Shown here: positions 48,435-49,175 of the stretch, in pieces
Layout of the letters: each line of letters starts with the position of its first letter
How positions within the stretch are numbered: position 1 is the stretch's first letter
DNA from: a virus
Taxonomy: Duplodnaviria; Caudoviricetes
Length of the DNA: 49,175 nucleotides
Direction: 5' to 3' (one strand)
IMG/VR virus record: IMGVR_UViG_3300014208_000010
Coordinates: 1-49,175 of that record
Program-made: the position numbers and the translations under genes
The notes under the pieces: model-generated
Databases searched by the model: none
What the model was told of the DNA's origin: nothing
Seen by the model: the letters and a program-made list of their open reading frames with translations, nothing else

Positions 48435-48892
48435 AAAAACAATCTGACGCAAGTCGTGAATATCACGAAATAAATAAGTGGATACCAAGAATATATACCG
48501 ACGATGAATTATTAAAGTTTGATAAACTGATCCGAGAGAAGTTTGGAGAGCCGAAGAAACTCCAAAATGGAAATACTTTGAACGTTCCGAACATTGATAA
48601 ATTCCTAAAATACGTCCGCGCAATTTCACCAAACGGAAGTATCTATGTGGAGGTGTTGCAACAAGGATACGGAGATACCCCAACCCAATACAAAGAGCCG
48701 ACACGGTACAAGTATTACTGGAACTTGCTAAACCAATGGAGTAGCTGGAACGCACGGACGAAATACGGACGCCAAGAGCAGTTGAAAGCATACGAGAGTT
48801 TGTCCCAAGAAGTTAAAGAACTCACTGACAATGAGATACGACAAAAGGACTGGGGAGCAATGGCTGATAGCATAACCGAATTTCCTTTTTGA
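48431..48892 (+). CDS. Hypothetical protein
   Basis: 153-aa coupled ORF. Confidence 0.6.
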   Translation: MKKQSDASREYHEINKWIPRIYTDDELLKFDKLIREKFGEPKKLQNGNTLNVPNIDKFLKYVRAISPNGSIYVEVLQQGYGDTPTQYKEPTRYKYYWNLLNQWSSWNARTKYGRQEQLKAYESLSQEVKELTDNEIRQKDWGAMADSITEFPF

Positions 48893-48893
48893 G

Positions 48894-48938
48894 TTATCCA
48901 CACAAACACTGGACAAGAAAAAGGGACTATGATAAGAT
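48894..48938 (+). promoter_or_regulatory. DnaA box plus promoter of the ERF operon
   Basis: TTATCCACA 48894-48902; TGGACA 48910-48915, 17 bp, TAAGAT 48933-48938 with TGn extension. Confidence 0.7.
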
Positions 48939-48968
48939 TAAGATATTAACAATAATCATATAACAAAT

Positions 48969-49175
48969 ATGAAAACAGTGGAAAAAGAGCCAAACGCTCT
49001 ACCGGGAACACCGGAGAAAAAGGGGAAAGAGGTAGTGAAAATATCGCACGCGAATATCTTTGAGGCACTGTCGGCGTTTCAAGGAGAACTCACGACTATT
49101 GAGCAAAGCAAGAGTGTGAAGTTCAAAACGAAAGACGGACGCGAAGTTGATTTTAAGTACGCGCCTCTCTCGGAA
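48969..49175 (+). CDS. ERF-family ssDNA annealing protein, N-terminal part (continues across the circular join to 732; about 271 aa in total)
   Basis: ATG at 48969 gives MKTVEKEP...NIFEALSAFQGEL...KYAPLSE, in frame with 1..732; promoter upstream. Confidence 0.85.
   Translation, partial: MKTVEKEPNALPGTPEKKGKEVVKISHANIFEALSAFQGELTTIEQSKSVKFKTKDGREVDFKYAPLSE
49053..49175. repeat. Terminal direct repeat, right copy
   Basis: Identical to 1-123. Confidence 0.97.

Noticed and set aside
1-49175. Stop-codon recoding (code 15 or 25)
   Set aside because: Long intact ORFs and dense coding under code 11; TGA and TAG both end genes

Overview
The window is a complete, circularly assembled dsDNA tailed-phage genome of about 49,052 bp. 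Bases 1-123 repeat exactly at 49053-49175, and the join falls inside an ERF-family gene. Nearly all genes lie on the + strand and use standard code 11. Gene order: recombination and early genes (ERF, HNH, PD-(D/E)XK nuclease, SNF2 helicase); host-like translation and RNA genes (IF-1, tRNA-Tyr, KH-domain protein, initiator-type tRNA-Met); terminase, portal, scaffold and capsid; three signal-peptide-bearing fibre-like proteins; podovirus-type tail and ejection genes; a 4510-aa polyvalent protein (two DNA methyltransferases, SNF2 helicase, ParB-like, ART-like, LPD1/metallopeptidase); lysis genes; NinG; and a replisome-organizer initiator. I recognised no integrase, repressor, DNA polymerase or tape measure. 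A Patescibacteria (CPR, Parcubacteria-like) host is my inference. The most unusual features are: perfect DnaA boxes at a near-fixed distance upstream of sigma70 promoters around the genome; leaderless genes alongside a phage IF-1 and tRNA-fMet; apparently secreted fibre-like proteins; several structured non-coding RNAs, including an sRNA and pseudoknot ahead of the replication initiator; and strong restriction-site avoidance with one island that escapes it. All motif counts and RNA folds were done by eye.
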